Assembly (NCBI GenBank): GCA_965199895.1
Contig: CBDATJ010000002.1
Location: forward strand, 77,899-141,898
Direction of reading: 5' to 3'
Source of the DNA: Pseudomonadales bacterium
GTDB lineage: Bacteria > Pseudomonadota > Gammaproteobacteria > Pseudomonadales > Azotimanducaceae
DNA: 64,000 nucleotides
Within the stretch, counting starts at the first letter, position 1. Each line of letters begins with the position of its first letter. The notes beneath the pieces were generated by a model that had not been told where the DNA came from, did no database searches, and saw nothing but the letters and a program-made list of their open reading frames with translations. The position numbers were made by a program, and so were the translations under genes. Positions 28,501 through 38,682 of this stretch are shown here, piece after piece.

Positions 28501-31500
28501 ATGACATCATTTCTTGAACAGCATCTGCGAGAACGCATCCTTCTTTTGGATGGTGCGACCGGTACCATGCAACAAGATTACAACCTTACTGAAGATGACT
28601 TCAGGGGTGAGCAATTTGCTGATCATCGCATCCCTCTCAAAGGTAACGGTGATGTGCTTTCAATTACACGACCAGACGTAGTCAAAGCGATTCACTTGGC
28701 TTATCTTGATGCAGGTGCAGACATCATTGAAACCAACACTTTTTCTGCGAATCGGATTTCTCAATCTGACTATGAATTACAGCATGCAGTTAGAGAACAG
28801 AATTTAGCATCGGCCCGAATTGCACGAGCAGCCGCAGATAGTCGTTCGACTCCGGAAAGGCCAAGATTTGTCGCTGGAGTTTTAGGTCCAACCACACGTT
28901 CTGCAAGCATCTCACCCGATGTGAACGAACCATCAGCTCGCAATGTTCGTTTTGATGACTTAGTAGAAGCCTACGAAGAAGCTACTTTAGCTCTGAAAGA
29001 AGGTGGTGTCGACCTCATCATGATTGAGACTATCTTCGACACTCTCAATGCAAAGGCTGCAATTTACGCAGTGCAAAGTGTACAAGACAAGTGTCAAACC
29101 AACCTGCCCATCATGATCTCTGGAACCATCACAGATGCGAGCGGGAGAACGCTTTCAGGACAAACTTGTACCGCATTCTGGAATTCTATCGCTCATGCTA
29201 ATCCACTGATTGTTGGTCTGAACTGTGCACTCGGTGGTAAAGCTCTTCGACCGTATGTTGAAGAACTCTCTAAAGTAGTACCCGCTTATGTCAGTGTGCA
29301 CCCCAATGCGGGTTTACCGAATGAGTTTGGTGAGTACGAAGAATCACCTGAATACATGGCATCAGTACTCGGAGAGATGGCTGAATCCGGTTTAGTGAAC
29401 ATCGTTGGTGGTTGCTGCGGAACCACCCCCTCTTACATTGAAGCTTTTGAACGTCAAGTAAAAAACATACCAGCTCGAAAACCTGTTGAACCTGAGCCAA
29501 GGTTGAGACTCTCCGGTCTTGATCCGTTCGAGCTAACCGACCAGACTCTCTTTGTAAACATCGGTGAACGTACCAACGTTGCAGGATCCCGTCGATTCAA
29601 AAATCTCATTATGAAGGGCGCATATTCCGATGCCTTAGAGATTGCAGAAGATCAAATCCAAAACGGAGCACAACTGATCGATGTTAACATGGACGAAGGC
29701 TTGCTGGACGGGATTCAAGCTATGCGAACGTTCCTCGACATGGTAGCTGTGGAACCAAACATATCCCGAGTCCCGATCATGATCGACTCAAGTGACTGGG
29801 AAGTAATCACGACTGGACTAAAAAGTCTTCAAGGAAAGTGCATCGTCAACTCCATATCTCTTAAAGACGGAGAGCAAGAGTTCATCAATCGAGCGCTGAT
29901 TTGCAAGCGGTTTGGGGCTGCTATCGTGGTGATGGCGTTCGATGAACAAGGACAAGCAGACAACTTTAAACGGCGCATTGAGATCATGCGGCGAGCTTAC
30001 GACATTCTGGTAAAAGAAGTGAACTTCGCTCCTGAAGACATTATTTTTGATCCCAATGTTTTTGCCGTCGCTACGGGTATTGATGAACATTCCAATTACG
30101 GAAACGAGTTCATTGACGCTTGCCGTTGGGTAAAAGAAAACTTGCCTTTTGCTCACACATCTGGAGGTATTAGCAATATTTCGTTTTCGTTCAGAGGGAA
30201 CGAAGCTGTGCGTGCTGCGATTCACACTGTATTTCTCTATCACGCTATCAAAGCTGGGCTAACCATGGGTATCGTTAACCCAGTGCAATTAGGGGTGTAC
30301 GAAGAAATCCCGAAAGAGCTCAGAGATGCAGTTGAAGCAGTGGTGCTGAACACACGACCGGACGCTGGTGAACAACTACTGGAACTTGCTACTCAATACT
30401 CTGGAACTGCATCAATCCGAGACAACGACACTAACCAATGGAGAACCTTACCGGTCAATGACAGACTGAAACATTCGCTAGTTCACGGTATCACCAAGTT
30501 CATTGTCGAGGATACAGAGGAAGCAAGAACACAGTACGACCGGGCAATCAGTGTCATTGAAGGTCCTCTCATGGAGGGCATGGATGTGGTCGGTGAACTC
30601 TTTGGTGCTGGAAAGATGTTCCTGCCACAGGTTGTCAAGAGTGCGAGAGTGATGAAACAGTCGGTTGGTTATCTAGTACCGTTCATTGAAGCAGAAAAAG
30701 CCGAAAGTGGCGATTTACAAGCCAAGGGTGTTATCGTCATAGCTACTGTAAAGGGAGATGTGCACGATATAGGCAAAAATATTGTCGGTGTAGTGTTGCA
30801 GTGTAATAACTATCGTGTAGTCGATTTGGGAGTGATGGTTCCAGCTCAAACCATCCTCGAAACTGCACTCAAAGAAAAAGCAGATCTCATTGGTTTATCA
30901 GGATTGATCACACCATCTTTAACCGAAATGGTTTATGTCGCTCGTGAAATGGAACGACTCGGATTTTCAATTCCGTTATTGATCGGTGGTGCAACTACGT
31001 CGAAGACTCACACTGCAGTCAAGATTGATCCCTCTTACTCCGGTCCAGTGGTTTATGTACCTGATGCTTCGCGAAGCGTGAGTGTGATGGCCAATCTACT
31101 GTCAGATAGCGAAAAGGAAAACTACACACAGAACATCCAAACCGAGTACCGAGCCATACGAGAGCGACGTAGTAACGCACCGTCTCGTAGTATGAGAACA
31201 CTAGAACAAGCTAGAGAAAACCGTCTTCAACTGGATTGGAGTATGTATGAAATTCCTAAGCCAAAAGAGTTAGGTGTAATTCAAACCAAAACTCCCACTG
31301 TGAGTGAGCTGATTCCCACGATTGACTGGACTCCATTCTTTATCTCTTGGTCTCTAGCAGGAAAATTTCCGGACATCTTAACGGATAAAATCGTAGGCAA
31401 ATCAGCAACAGACCTGTTCCGGGATGCCCAACAAACGTTGAAACGCTTGGAACAGCAGTCGGATCTCAATATTCGAGGCATATTGGGTTTTTGGCCGGCA

Positions 31501-32142
31501 AATAGTGTCGGAGACGATTTGGTCTTGTGGAGTGATGAACATCGCAACGCCCCCCTACACACCTTATTCCACGTTAGACAGCAACACGCACTGGAACAAC
31601 CCAATCTATGTTTGAGTGACTTTGTCGCACCTAGCCCTTGGGAGGACTATATTGGAGGTTTTGTAGTATGTGTTGATTGTTCGGATGAAATCATGGCAGA
31701 ACAGGACGATTACAACCAGATACTCTTGAAATCGCTGATGGATCGGCTAGTCGAATCCTTTGCAGAAACCTTGCATCGTGAAGTCCGCATAAACTATTGG
31801 GGTTACTCCCAAGACGAATCGCTCACCAATGAACAGCTCATCGACGAAAAATACGTTGGTATTCGACCTGCACCGGGTTATCCAGCATGCCCGGATCACC
31901 AAGAGAAACGTACCCTATTCGATCTATTGACAGCAACAAAAAATACAGGTGCAAAACTAACCGAAAACTTTGCAATGACACCTGCTGCCACTGTTGCGGG
32001 TTGGTACTTTTCACACCCCGAGTCGAAGTATTTCAACGTTCGACAAATTCAACAAGACCAGCTTGAAAATTACGCGCAGCGACGAGAGATGAGTACTGCG
32101 GAAATCTCTAAGTGGTTGAGTTTCTCTACCTCTTTTATCTAA
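28501..32142 (+). CDS. metH: cobalamin-dependent methionine synthase
   Basis: 1213 aa. Contains Hcy-binding, pterin-binding, B12-binding ([11 protein letters not shown]) and AdoMet-activation domains in the canonical order. Confidence 0.95.
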   Translation: MTSFLEQHLRERILLLDGATGTMQQDYNLTEDDFRGEQFADHRIPLKGNGDVLSITRPDVVKAIHLAYLDAGADIIETNTFSANRISQSDYELQHAVREQNLASARIARAAADSRSTPERPRFVAGVLGPTTRSASISPDVNEPSARNVRFDDLVEAYEEATLALKEGGVDLIMIETIFDTLNAKAAIYAVQSVQDKCQTNLPIMISGTITDASGRTLSGQTCTAFWNSIAHANPLIVGLNCALGGKALRPYVEELSKVVPAYVSVHPNAGLPNEFGEYEESPEYMASVLGEMAESGLVNIVGGCCGTTPSYIEAFERQVKNIPARKPVEPEPRLRLSGLDPFELTDQTLFVNIGERTNVAGSRRFKNLIMKGAYSDALEIAEDQIQNGAQLIDVNMDEGLLDGIQAMRTFLDMVAVEPNISRVPIMIDSSDWEVITTGLKSLQGKCIVNSISLKDGEQEFINRALICKRFGAAIVVMAFDEQGQADNFKRRIEIMRRAYDILVKEVNFAPEDIIFDPNVFAVATGIDEHSNYGNEFIDACRWVKENLPFAHTSGGISNISFSFRGNEAVRAAIHTVFLYHAIKAGLTMGIVNPVQLGVYEEIPKELRDAVEAVVLNTRPDAGEQLLELATQYSGTASIRDNDTNQWRTLPVNDRLKHSLVHGITKFIVEDTEEARTQYDRAISVIEGPLMEGMDVVGELFGAGKMFLPQVVKSARVMKQSVGYLVPFIEAEKAESGDLQAKGVIVIATVKGDVHDIGKNIVGVVLQCNNYRVVDLGVMVPAQTILETALKEKADLIGLSGLITPSLTEMVYVAREMERLGFSIPLLIGGATTSKTHTAVKIDPSYSGPVVYVPDASRSVSVMANLLSDSEKENYTQNIQTEYRAIRERRSNAPSRSMRTLEQARENRLQLDWSMYEIPKPKELGVIQTKTPTVSELIPTIDWTPFFISWSLAGKFPDILTDKIVGKSATDLFRDAQQTLKRLEQQSDLNIRGILGFWPANSVGDDLVLWSDEHRNAPLHTLFHVRQQHALEQPNLCLSDFVAPSPWEDYIGGFVVCVDCSDEIMAEQDDYNQILLKSLMDRLVESFAETLHREVRINYWGYSQDESLTNEQLIDEKYVGIRPAPGYPACPDHQEKRTLFDLLTATKNTGAKLTENFAMTPAATVAGWYFSHPESKYFNVRQIQQDQLENYAQRREMSTAEISKWLSFSTSFI

Positions 32143-32146
32143 AGTA

Positions 32147-32626
32147 CTAATCGACAGAATCGTGTTCTTGTGGATCTTGGGGCTTAGCTATCACCATCAC
32201 CGTGTGCTTAGCCGCTTCTTCCAAATCTCCTGGAGAAGGCTTTTGGTCGTGATCAAGTCGAACGTCATGATAAACAGCATCATGGGGAAAGTCTTTGAGA
32301 TACGAAGTTAACTCTTCTTCGACCATCTTTTCTTGAGGTGAAGTCACTACTACCGTCTTGTAGTGTGAATTTTTACCGTTTAGGCACAACTGGACACTAG
32401 AGTTGTCACGCAAATTAGGCCACCAGCCAGCACTTTTATCAGTGAAGCACTTGATTATCCCGTCTTTTTCGATGTAGCGAACGGGAACCTCGTAATACTT
32501 ACCTGTTTTGCGTCCTTGGTAGCAGATAAGCATGATGTTCTTGCTGAATATACCATGGATAGGACTCCTGAGTGAGAATCGCATTATCGGATTGATCACA
32601 CAGAACATGAACTCAGGTACGCGCAT
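32147..32626 (-). CDS. DUF385 / deazaflavin-dependent nitroreductase-like (split-barrel) protein
   Basis: 159 aa with the pattern GRKTGK..EVPV.Y...DG.......S..GWWPNLR that I remember from this family. Confidence 0.45.
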   Translation of the reverse strand: MRVPEFMFCVINPIMRFSLRSPIHGIFSKNIMLICYQGRKTGKYYEVPVRYIEKDGIIKCFTDKSAGWWPNLRDNSSVQLCLNGKNSHYKTVVVTSPQEKMVEEELTSYLKDFPHDAVYHDVRLDHDQKPSPGDLEEAAKHTVMVIAKPQDPQEHDSVD

Positions 32627-33212
32627 AGGGTTTCCTCTAAATTAAACTAACGATAAATCTAGTTCAAGTAAACAAGTTTTACAAAAATTCAATAATCATA
32701 CCATTATATCTTAGAAATCCACGACTTTCTAGTAATCCAATCTTCTAATGGTGGTTTGGTTGCTTTTGACAGAGTTGCATTACCGACACAATAGAATTGA
32801 TGCAGATGTCGTTGCACCGTCCTTGAACTAGGTGGGATATGTTCTCGATGCATAAAGCATATTCAAGCTGCGTCCACAGCTGAGCAGAACACCAAACTTT
32901 CATAACAATCTGTGATAGGGCAATTCCTTGAAGATTTTGCTTCGGTAACCGCTACCATGCTTCGAGGGGACGTTGACAAACGTTTACAGGTGCCAAAAAT
33001 GTACCGCTGGTTCCATCTGCTTCGCCGTAGGAGGAGTCAGTGTAGTGTATTTGCTCTACCGGAATAGGCATCTTCACGACTCTGGCTATGAGATGTTACG
33101 CTCTAAGCCTTTTATTCATGATTTGTGCACTTTTCCCACATGTCTACGACAACCTACTGCCGTTTCAGTCGTGCAGTTCAACGAGTTGAGCACATACTGC
33201 AAAAGAGTCTAA

Positions 33213-33762
33213 TCAACATCGTTTTCGTAGATCTTGAACTGATATTCCTTGGGTTAGTACAGAAAAATGAGCTTTGATAGGGTATCCAATATTACCTAGG
33301 TTGCTGTCTCCGATAATAGTTTCACCGGCTTTCACTTCATCGTCAAGAACTGCACAATGAGCCACAATCGGTTACTCGAAATTTATGTCTGTAGCTCATG
33401 GCAACGTAGATAGTCAGGTGCCTGCGGACTTGACATCTTTCGGAGCACTGGAGATCACTCTTCAGATGAATTTCTCGCTATAGCAGTTTATTCCATTGTT
33501 CGATAGCAGAGTTCTAATGGCTTGAAAGAAATATACACCTAATCAGTTAATTGGTGTTCATCAATTTAATCATCCCAAAGTTACTAGTAGAATCAGCAAC
33601 ACACAAATACCCGATGAGGTTGTGCAATTTGGACATTGTTAGAACCATTACGCGATCACAATCCAAAATCAATGGATGCAATTTTTGAATCATAGCAACT
33701 AATCTGAAGTTAGATCCTAATTGCAACCAGAAATAGGTGGTCTCAACGAGAGTAGCCTTCAT
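33213..33762 (-). pseudogene. decayed M23/LytM-like peptidase remnant
   Basis: The minus-strand reading has three in-frame stops and one frameshift. Surviving pieces are REIHLKSDL (HxxxD-like) and VAHCAVLDDEVKAGETIIGDSNLGNIGYPIKAHFSVLTQGISVQDL. The second piece resembles the M23 tail YAHL...V..G..V.aGq.IG..G.TG..TGPHLHFEV...G..V.P. Confidence 0.35.
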
Positions 33763-34395
33763 CGAACACTAAAGCAGTTCTATGCTGACAACGAATCACA
33801 GATTGAACAGACGGTAGGTCGATTTGTCGTCGATGTGGTGAAACCAGGTGAGTTTATTGAGATTCAAACTAGAAACTTTAGCTCAATTCGCTCAAAATGT
33901 GCAGAACTATTGAACCAAGGAACGCTAAGGTTGGTCCACCCTATCCCAACCAGAACATCTATCGTGAAAATTCAAGGAGATAAACTAACAAAACCTAGAC
34001 TGTCACCAAAACGTGGCACCTTATTTGACCTCTTCGCAGAGCTAGTGGCTATTCCTAGATTGTTACTGGAGAAAAACTTTAGTGTTGAAGTGGTAATGTT
34101 TAAGGAAGAGCAAATCTGGATACCCGCAGTCAAACGTTACAGAAGGCATGGATGGAGTGTCATCAATCGTCGACTATTAGAAGTGAAATCGTACCACACG
34201 TTTGACTCAGCTTCTGACCTTTGGGCTCTAGTCGACTCGGAAATTTCGCCACGTTTTACCACCCAGGATTTAGCGCAAACTGCAAATATCAATCGAGCCT
34301 TGGCACAGAAGATGGCGTACTGCTTGCGTCAGTGTGAGGTCATAGACATAGTGTCCAAACAAGGGAATAGTCTCGTCTACGAAGCGCGACGGTAG
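33721..34395 (+). CDS. conserved hypothetical protein, possible restriction-endonuclease (PD-(D/E)XK)-fold with C-terminal winged-helix-like region
   Basis: 224-aa ORF with a TTG start. It has SLH..LK..Y near the N-terminus, a core FVVDVV..GEFIEIQT, then RLVHPIP. The confidence is for the gene being real; confidence in the function is about 0.3. Confidence 0.6.
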   Translation: MQPEIGGLNESSLHRTLKQFYADNESQIEQTVGRFVVDVVKPGEFIEIQTRNFSSIRSKCAELLNQGTLRLVHPIPTRTSIVKIQGDKLTKPRLSPKRGTLFDLFAELVAIPRLLLEKNFSVEVVMFKEEQIWIPAVKRYRRHGWSVINRRLLEVKSYHTFDSASDLWALVDSEISPRFTTQDLAQTANINRALAQKMAYCLRQCEVIDIVSKQGNSLVYEARR

Positions 34396-34449
34396 GTGTT
34401 CAACCTCTCAGTTTTCCCATTTCTCAATCGATAAGAAGCAATTTAACCG

Positions 34450-35607
34450 ATGACGGATCCTCTTCTTGAAACTTTGATGTTGATCGTTGCACTGACTGCA
34501 GTGGCAGCATCTGTAGGAATGTTTGCTCGACAACCTCTAATCATTGTCTACATCGTCCTCGGTTGTTGCCTTGGACCCTATGGATTCGGCTGGGTGGGTG
34601 ACATAAATGCTATCGAAGAATTAGGTCACATCGGAATCATTTTCTTGTTATTTATCGTGGGGTTGGAATTGCCGACTAATCGAATCAAGAATGTGTTAAA
34701 GCAATCAGTGACCATTGTTATGGTTAGTTCCCTTATATTCTTCGCAATAGGTATGGGACTGGGACTCCTCCTAGGTTTCGACACTAAAGAAGCCATCATC
34801 ACTGCGCTTGCAGTTCTGTTTTCAAGCACGATTGTTGGTATCAAGCTGCTGCCTAGATCCACTTTACATCACAAACATATCGGTGAAATAGTGATTGGTA
34901 TGTTGATCCTCCAAGATGTCATTGCGGTTATAGCCCTTCTCTATGTAGACAGTGCCGGAACAGAGATTTCATTTTGGACCTGGTTTACTATTTTTGTTTG
35001 CCCCCCGTTGTTGACCATAGGAGCAGTTCTAGGAGCCAAGTTCATCTACTGGCCACTGTTGAAGAGATTCGACGTAGTCACCGAGTACACCTTTGTTATG
35101 TTCCTTGGTTGGTGTCTTGGAATAGCTTATATAGCTGACTTGCTCAACGTTAGCTTTGAAATTGGTGCTTTCATAGCAGGAGTTTCACTAGCAAATAAGC
35201 AAATAGCTCAAATGGTCGCAGACACCTTAGAACCGCTCCAAGATTTCTTTCTGGTACTGTTCTTCTTCTACGTAGGTACCACCATAAACCCCATCCTTTT
35301 ATGGAGTGTCGCTTGGCAAGTTGCACTGCTTGCTGTAGTATGTGTATCAATTAAACCTGTGGTCATCCGTTATCTATTGGGATGGTTAGGGGAGGACAAG
35401 AAGACTAGCTGGGAGGTGGGATTTAGGTTAGGCCAAAATAGTGAGTTTGGACTACTCATCATCTATGTCGCAGCTTCTCAAATGGCAGATCGGGCTATGT
35501 TAACGCTGTTGGGTGCGACCGTGCTGACGATTGTGATTTCGTCTTATATTGTGGTGTTCAAATTCAAGAATCCGATTGCGGTGTCAGACCAATTGCGCGC
35601 CAATTGA
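34450..35607 (+). CDS. cation:proton antiporter (CPA2/Kef-type membrane domain only)
   Basis: 385-aa polytopic protein with Na+/H+ exchanger family patterning (GP.G.G...D......L...G...LLF..GLE) and no KTN domain. Confidence 0.8.
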   Translation: MTDPLLETLMLIVALTAVAASVGMFARQPLIIVYIVLGCCLGPYGFGWVGDINAIEELGHIGIIFLLFIVGLELPTNRIKNVLKQSVTIVMVSSLIFFAIGMGLGLLLGFDTKEAIITALAVLFSSTIVGIKLLPRSTLHHKHIGEIVIGMLILQDVIAVIALLYVDSAGTEISFWTWFTIFVCPPLLTIGAVLGAKFIYWPLLKRFDVVTEYTFVMFLGWCLGIAYIADLLNVSFEIGAFIAGVSLANKQIAQMVADTLEPLQDFFLVLFFFYVGTTINPILLWSVAWQVALLAVVCVSIKPVVIRYLLGWLGEDKKTSWEVGFRLGQNSEFGLLIIYVAASQMADRAMLTLLGATVLTIVISSYIVVFKFKNPIAVSDQLRAN

Positions 35608-35640
35608 ACACACATATTAGGTGTGTGCGAGACTGTCGGG

Positions 35641-36642
35641 TTAATTTGCTATAGCGTGTTTGAGAATTCCTCTACCGACCATCTTTCCTTCCAAAATACG
35701 GTCGATACCTTCATTGAGTTGCTCTAGGGTTAGAGTAGATTCAAGGAATGCCAAGTTGGGTAATTTCCAATCAGAACTTAATCGAGCCCACAAAGCTGCT
35801 TTCTGATCTATTGGAAGGTGTACTGAGTCCACTCCAAGTAAATTCACACTCCTGAGAATGAACGGCAACACTGTTCCCGGAAAACTTGGAGAGTTAACTA
35901 ATCCACATGCAGCCGCACTGCGTCCGTATTTGAGACCATTGACTGCCTGAACTAGCATATCGCCACCCACTGTATCCACTACAGCTCCCCATTGTTCCTT
36001 TTGAAGTGGTCTCTTGCTATCTTGCATGAACTCTTGCCTGGAAATCACCTCTGTTGCACCTAGGTTTTTAAGAAACTGATGCTGGTCAGACTTTCCGGTT
36101 ACAGCGACGACCTCAAAACCGATTTGGGAAAGTACTGCAACTGCAACACTCCCTACTCCACCTGTAGCACCGGTAACCAGAGCTGGACTGTCTGAAACAC
36201 AACTGTTTGCGTCTTCCAACTTTTGCAAACACAACCCAGCGGTCAAGCCAGCGGTGCCTATGATCATGCTTTCGCGTAAAGTTAAACCAGATGGTAGAGG
36301 AACCGCCCAACCAGATGGTATTCGAACTCGCTCACCAAATCCACCATCAGTATTCATTCCCAAGTCAAAGCCAATCGCTACGACTTCATCTCCCCTTGCA
36401 AATTTGTCTGTTGAAGATTCGATGACAGTTCCTGCGACATCTATACCCGGTGTATGAGGATAGCTTCGAGTGACTCCTCGAACACCAGTAGCTGAAAGAG
36501 CATCCTTGTAGTTTAGAGACGAGTAATGCACATCAATGAGTAGATCACCCTCGGGTAGATCCTCAGTGTCCAAATTTACTACATTACGTTGAAACGCACC
36601 CTCTTGATCCTGAACTATTCGAAGAGCGCGATAGGATGTCAA
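35641..36642 (-). CDS. yhdH: YhdH/AcuI-family NADPH-dependent oxidoreductase (acrylyl-CoA reductase-like)
   Basis: 333 aa. Contains L.EGD.LI.V.YSSLNYKDAL and GATGGVGS. The TTG start overlaps the sohB stop as TTGA. Confidence 0.75.
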   Translation of the reverse strand: MTSYRALRIVQDQEGAFQRNVVNLDTEDLPEGDLLIDVHYSSLNYKDALSATGVRGVTRSYPHTPGIDVAGTVIESSTDKFARGDEVVAIGFDLGMNTDGGFGERVRIPSGWAVPLPSGLTLRESMIIGTAGLTAGLCLQKLEDANSCVSDSPALVTGATGGVGSVAVAVLSQIGFEVVAVTGKSDQHQFLKNLGATEVISRQEFMQDSKRPLQKEQWGAVVDTVGGDMLVQAVNGLKYGRSAAACGLVNSPSFPGTVLPFILRSVNLLGVDSVHLPIDQKAALWARLSSDWKLPNLAFLESTLTLEQLNEGIDRILEGKMVGRGILKHAIAN

Positions 36643-37799
36643 TGTATGCCTCTACGAATCCATTGGGTGAACGCGGTGATTGAACTCACCACCTGTGATA
36701 GAACATCTGAAACATTCTTTTTCTTTGGGTGCCAAGTGACTTCATAGACGTTTGAAGTTTGGCAGGACTTCATGATGTACTCATCACTGGTCTGAATCTC
36801 ATCAATCAAATTAAGGTCTATCGCACGTTGACCGTACCAAGATTCACCGGTTGCAACAACATCAACATCAACGTCACTTCGATGCTGAATCACAAAGTCT
36901 TTAAACAGTGTGTGTACATCATGTATTTCTTGAGAGAACTTTTGACGAGCAGCATCTGTGTTCTCACCAAATACGGATAAGGTGCGTTTAAACTCACCAG
37001 CAGTGATGATCTCATAATCAATGTCATGCTTTTTCAGCAGTCTGTTCACGTTAGGGATTTCTGCAGCTACACCTATGGACCCTACCAATGCAAACGGTGC
37101 TGCGATGATTTTGTTAGCTACAACTGCCATCATATAACCACCGCTTGCAGCAACTTCATCCACTGCTACTGTGAGTTTGACACCAGCATTTCTCACTCTC
37201 ATGAGCTGTGAAGCTGCATGCCCATAGGAATGAACTACACCACCGGGACTTTCTACTCTCACCACAACTTCATCTTCAGGTGTGGCTTGTGTCAACACTG
37301 CAGATATTGAATGGGTTAATTGATCTACGGTAGATGCTTCGACATCTCCTTTAAATGCAACCACATAAACGTTGCTTCGGTCTTCACCCTCTTCATGATC
37401 CAATGAAGCAAATGCGGGTTTACTCTTCTTGTCTTCCTCAGCTTCTTTTGCGTTTTCAGAACTATACTCAGTGGATTCTTCTGCAGTCACTTTCTCTTCG
37501 GTTACTACAGGAGCTTTGGGAGAGGATTTCTTTTTACTCGCCTTCGATTTTTTCTTTTGATTTTTCTCGATTTTGCGTTGCTTCTTCAGTTGATCAGGAG
37601 TCATTGAAGCTTCTTCAATCGTCGAGCCCATACTCTGATAAAACTCATTCATGAACTTCACCGAGAGATGTCCTGTCGTGTTCTTATCTGCAGACCTTCT
37701 GACTGCATTTGCACTGATGAACATGATCACAATGATTACCGCTACAACGATAGTTCCTGTTTTGATGAGAAACTGAATATAGTCAAATAGCAAATCCAT
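36639..37799 (-). CDS. sohB: SohB-type peptidase S49 (inner-membrane anchored)
   Basis: Has an N-terminus like SohB (LF.Y..FL.K....V.A), a Lys-rich/acidic linker, and the S49 motif AASGGYMMA. Confidence 0.8.
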   Translation of the reverse strand: MDLLFDYIQFLIKTGTIVVAVIIVIMFISANAVRRSADKNTTGHLSVKFMNEFYQSMGSTIEEASMTPDQLKKQRKIEKNQKKKSKASKKKSSPKAPVVTEEKVTAEESTEYSSENAKEAEEDKKSKPAFASLDHEEGEDRSNVYVVAFKGDVEASTVDQLTHSISAVLTQATPEDEVVVRVESPGGVVHSYGHAASQLMRVRNAGVKLTVAVDEVAASGGYMMAVVANKIIAAPFALVGSIGVAAEIPNVNRLLKKHDIDYEIITAGEFKRTLSVFGENTDAARQKFSQEIHDVHTLFKDFVIQHRSDVDVDVVATGESWYGQRAIDLNLIDEIQTSDEYIMKSCQTSNVYEVTWHPKKKNVSDVLSQVVSSITAFTQWIRRGIH

Positions 37800-38104
37800 G
37801 TATTTCTAGAACTCCTAGCAAGTGAGTGGGGACTACTTGGTCTCGAAAGGGTTTTGTGGCCTCACTTAGAGTATTTCACAAAACTCTAACTGGGTAATTA
37901 TCCTGAATTGACGCATTTGAACTTGGATTTCGCGTCGCTAGTCCCCTTGTACAATATGAATCATGAATCGGTATTAACAAATCACTTTCTTAAATTTTGA
38001 GAACTTAAAGAATTACTCTGGTCGATTGCTGAAACCAATATTTCAATATTGCTTATAAGGATAAATATTTCATCATCTAATTCACAGTAGCTCCGAACTG
38101 ACTT

Positions 38105-38444
38105 ACGCGATTTCTATCAATGCTCCCAAGGTTCAGCACCTAGTTGTACAAGAAAACCATTGTCGTGTTGCTGAACGTTCATCCTAATCTGTGGTATGCA
38201 GCATACCGAAGTAGGATCATTATTGGACGGTCTTCAGTTCATCCAGATGATAGCAGGCTGGGTGCTTCCTAGTTTATCTCACCCTTGCAATGACCTTAGG
38301 TGCTATCTCTTGTTGTGTGGGTGATACTCATTTATAGACAAGCATTTTGGGATGGTGTAATCGCCAGAGAATGTTAGAAAAGTTAGCAACTACCATCACA
38401 CAGGTACCTGACCTGACAACCTTGCTTGCACATGAACTTCTATA
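38105..38444 (+). pseudogene. ghost copy of nhaB: decayed 5' part plus last about 24 codons, internal region deleted
   Basis: 38105..38335 aligns by eye with nhaB 38735..38980. Shared strings include tgtacaagaaaaccat and gatagcaggctgggtgct, and the copy carries frameshifts and stops. 38370..38444 encodes MLEKLATTITQVPDLTTLLAHELL-stop, compared with the nhaB C-terminus MRMVKLALPYTIVLGITGWIMVHFFL-stop. Confidence 0.6.
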
Positions 38445-38682
38445 AGATCGTTAAGTTTGCATGCCTTACACCATCACCATCGTCTAGGCAATGTTCCTCT
38501 TCTTCTGAAATCAGCCATGCATTCACCCTCAACAAATTGGTGTTGCAGTGAAACTGTTATGGACCTGTTCAGTGGTAACTGGCACAAATCGCCCTTCGTA
38601 AAATTAGTTGATAAAACCATTCTCAATGACCGATTGATTCCACCAATCCGAGTCTGTCTCTAAACTGTTAATAGGAAAAAAT

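Noticed and set aside
32973-33212. 79-aa plus-strand ORF and 71-aa minus-strand ORF (33547..33762) as real genes
   Set aside because: The plus-strand ORF is Cys-rich and motif-free. The minus-strand ORF is better explained as the first fragment of the decayed M23-like reading frame.
37828-37946. Possible structured RNA: an 8-bp long-range pairing GGGGACTA/TAGTCCCC enclosing two 5-bp hairpins (AGAGT/ACTCT and GACGC/GCGTC)
   Set aside because: Helices this short are expected by chance in a 300-nt AT-rich region. I have no covariation evidence and recognise no known RNA family.
38457-38663. 68-aa ORF (MHALHHHHRL...) upstream of nhaB
   Set aside because: It has no ribosome-binding site and an odd composition. 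It sits in the leader between the nhaB ghost and the intact nhaB, so it is most likely non-coding.
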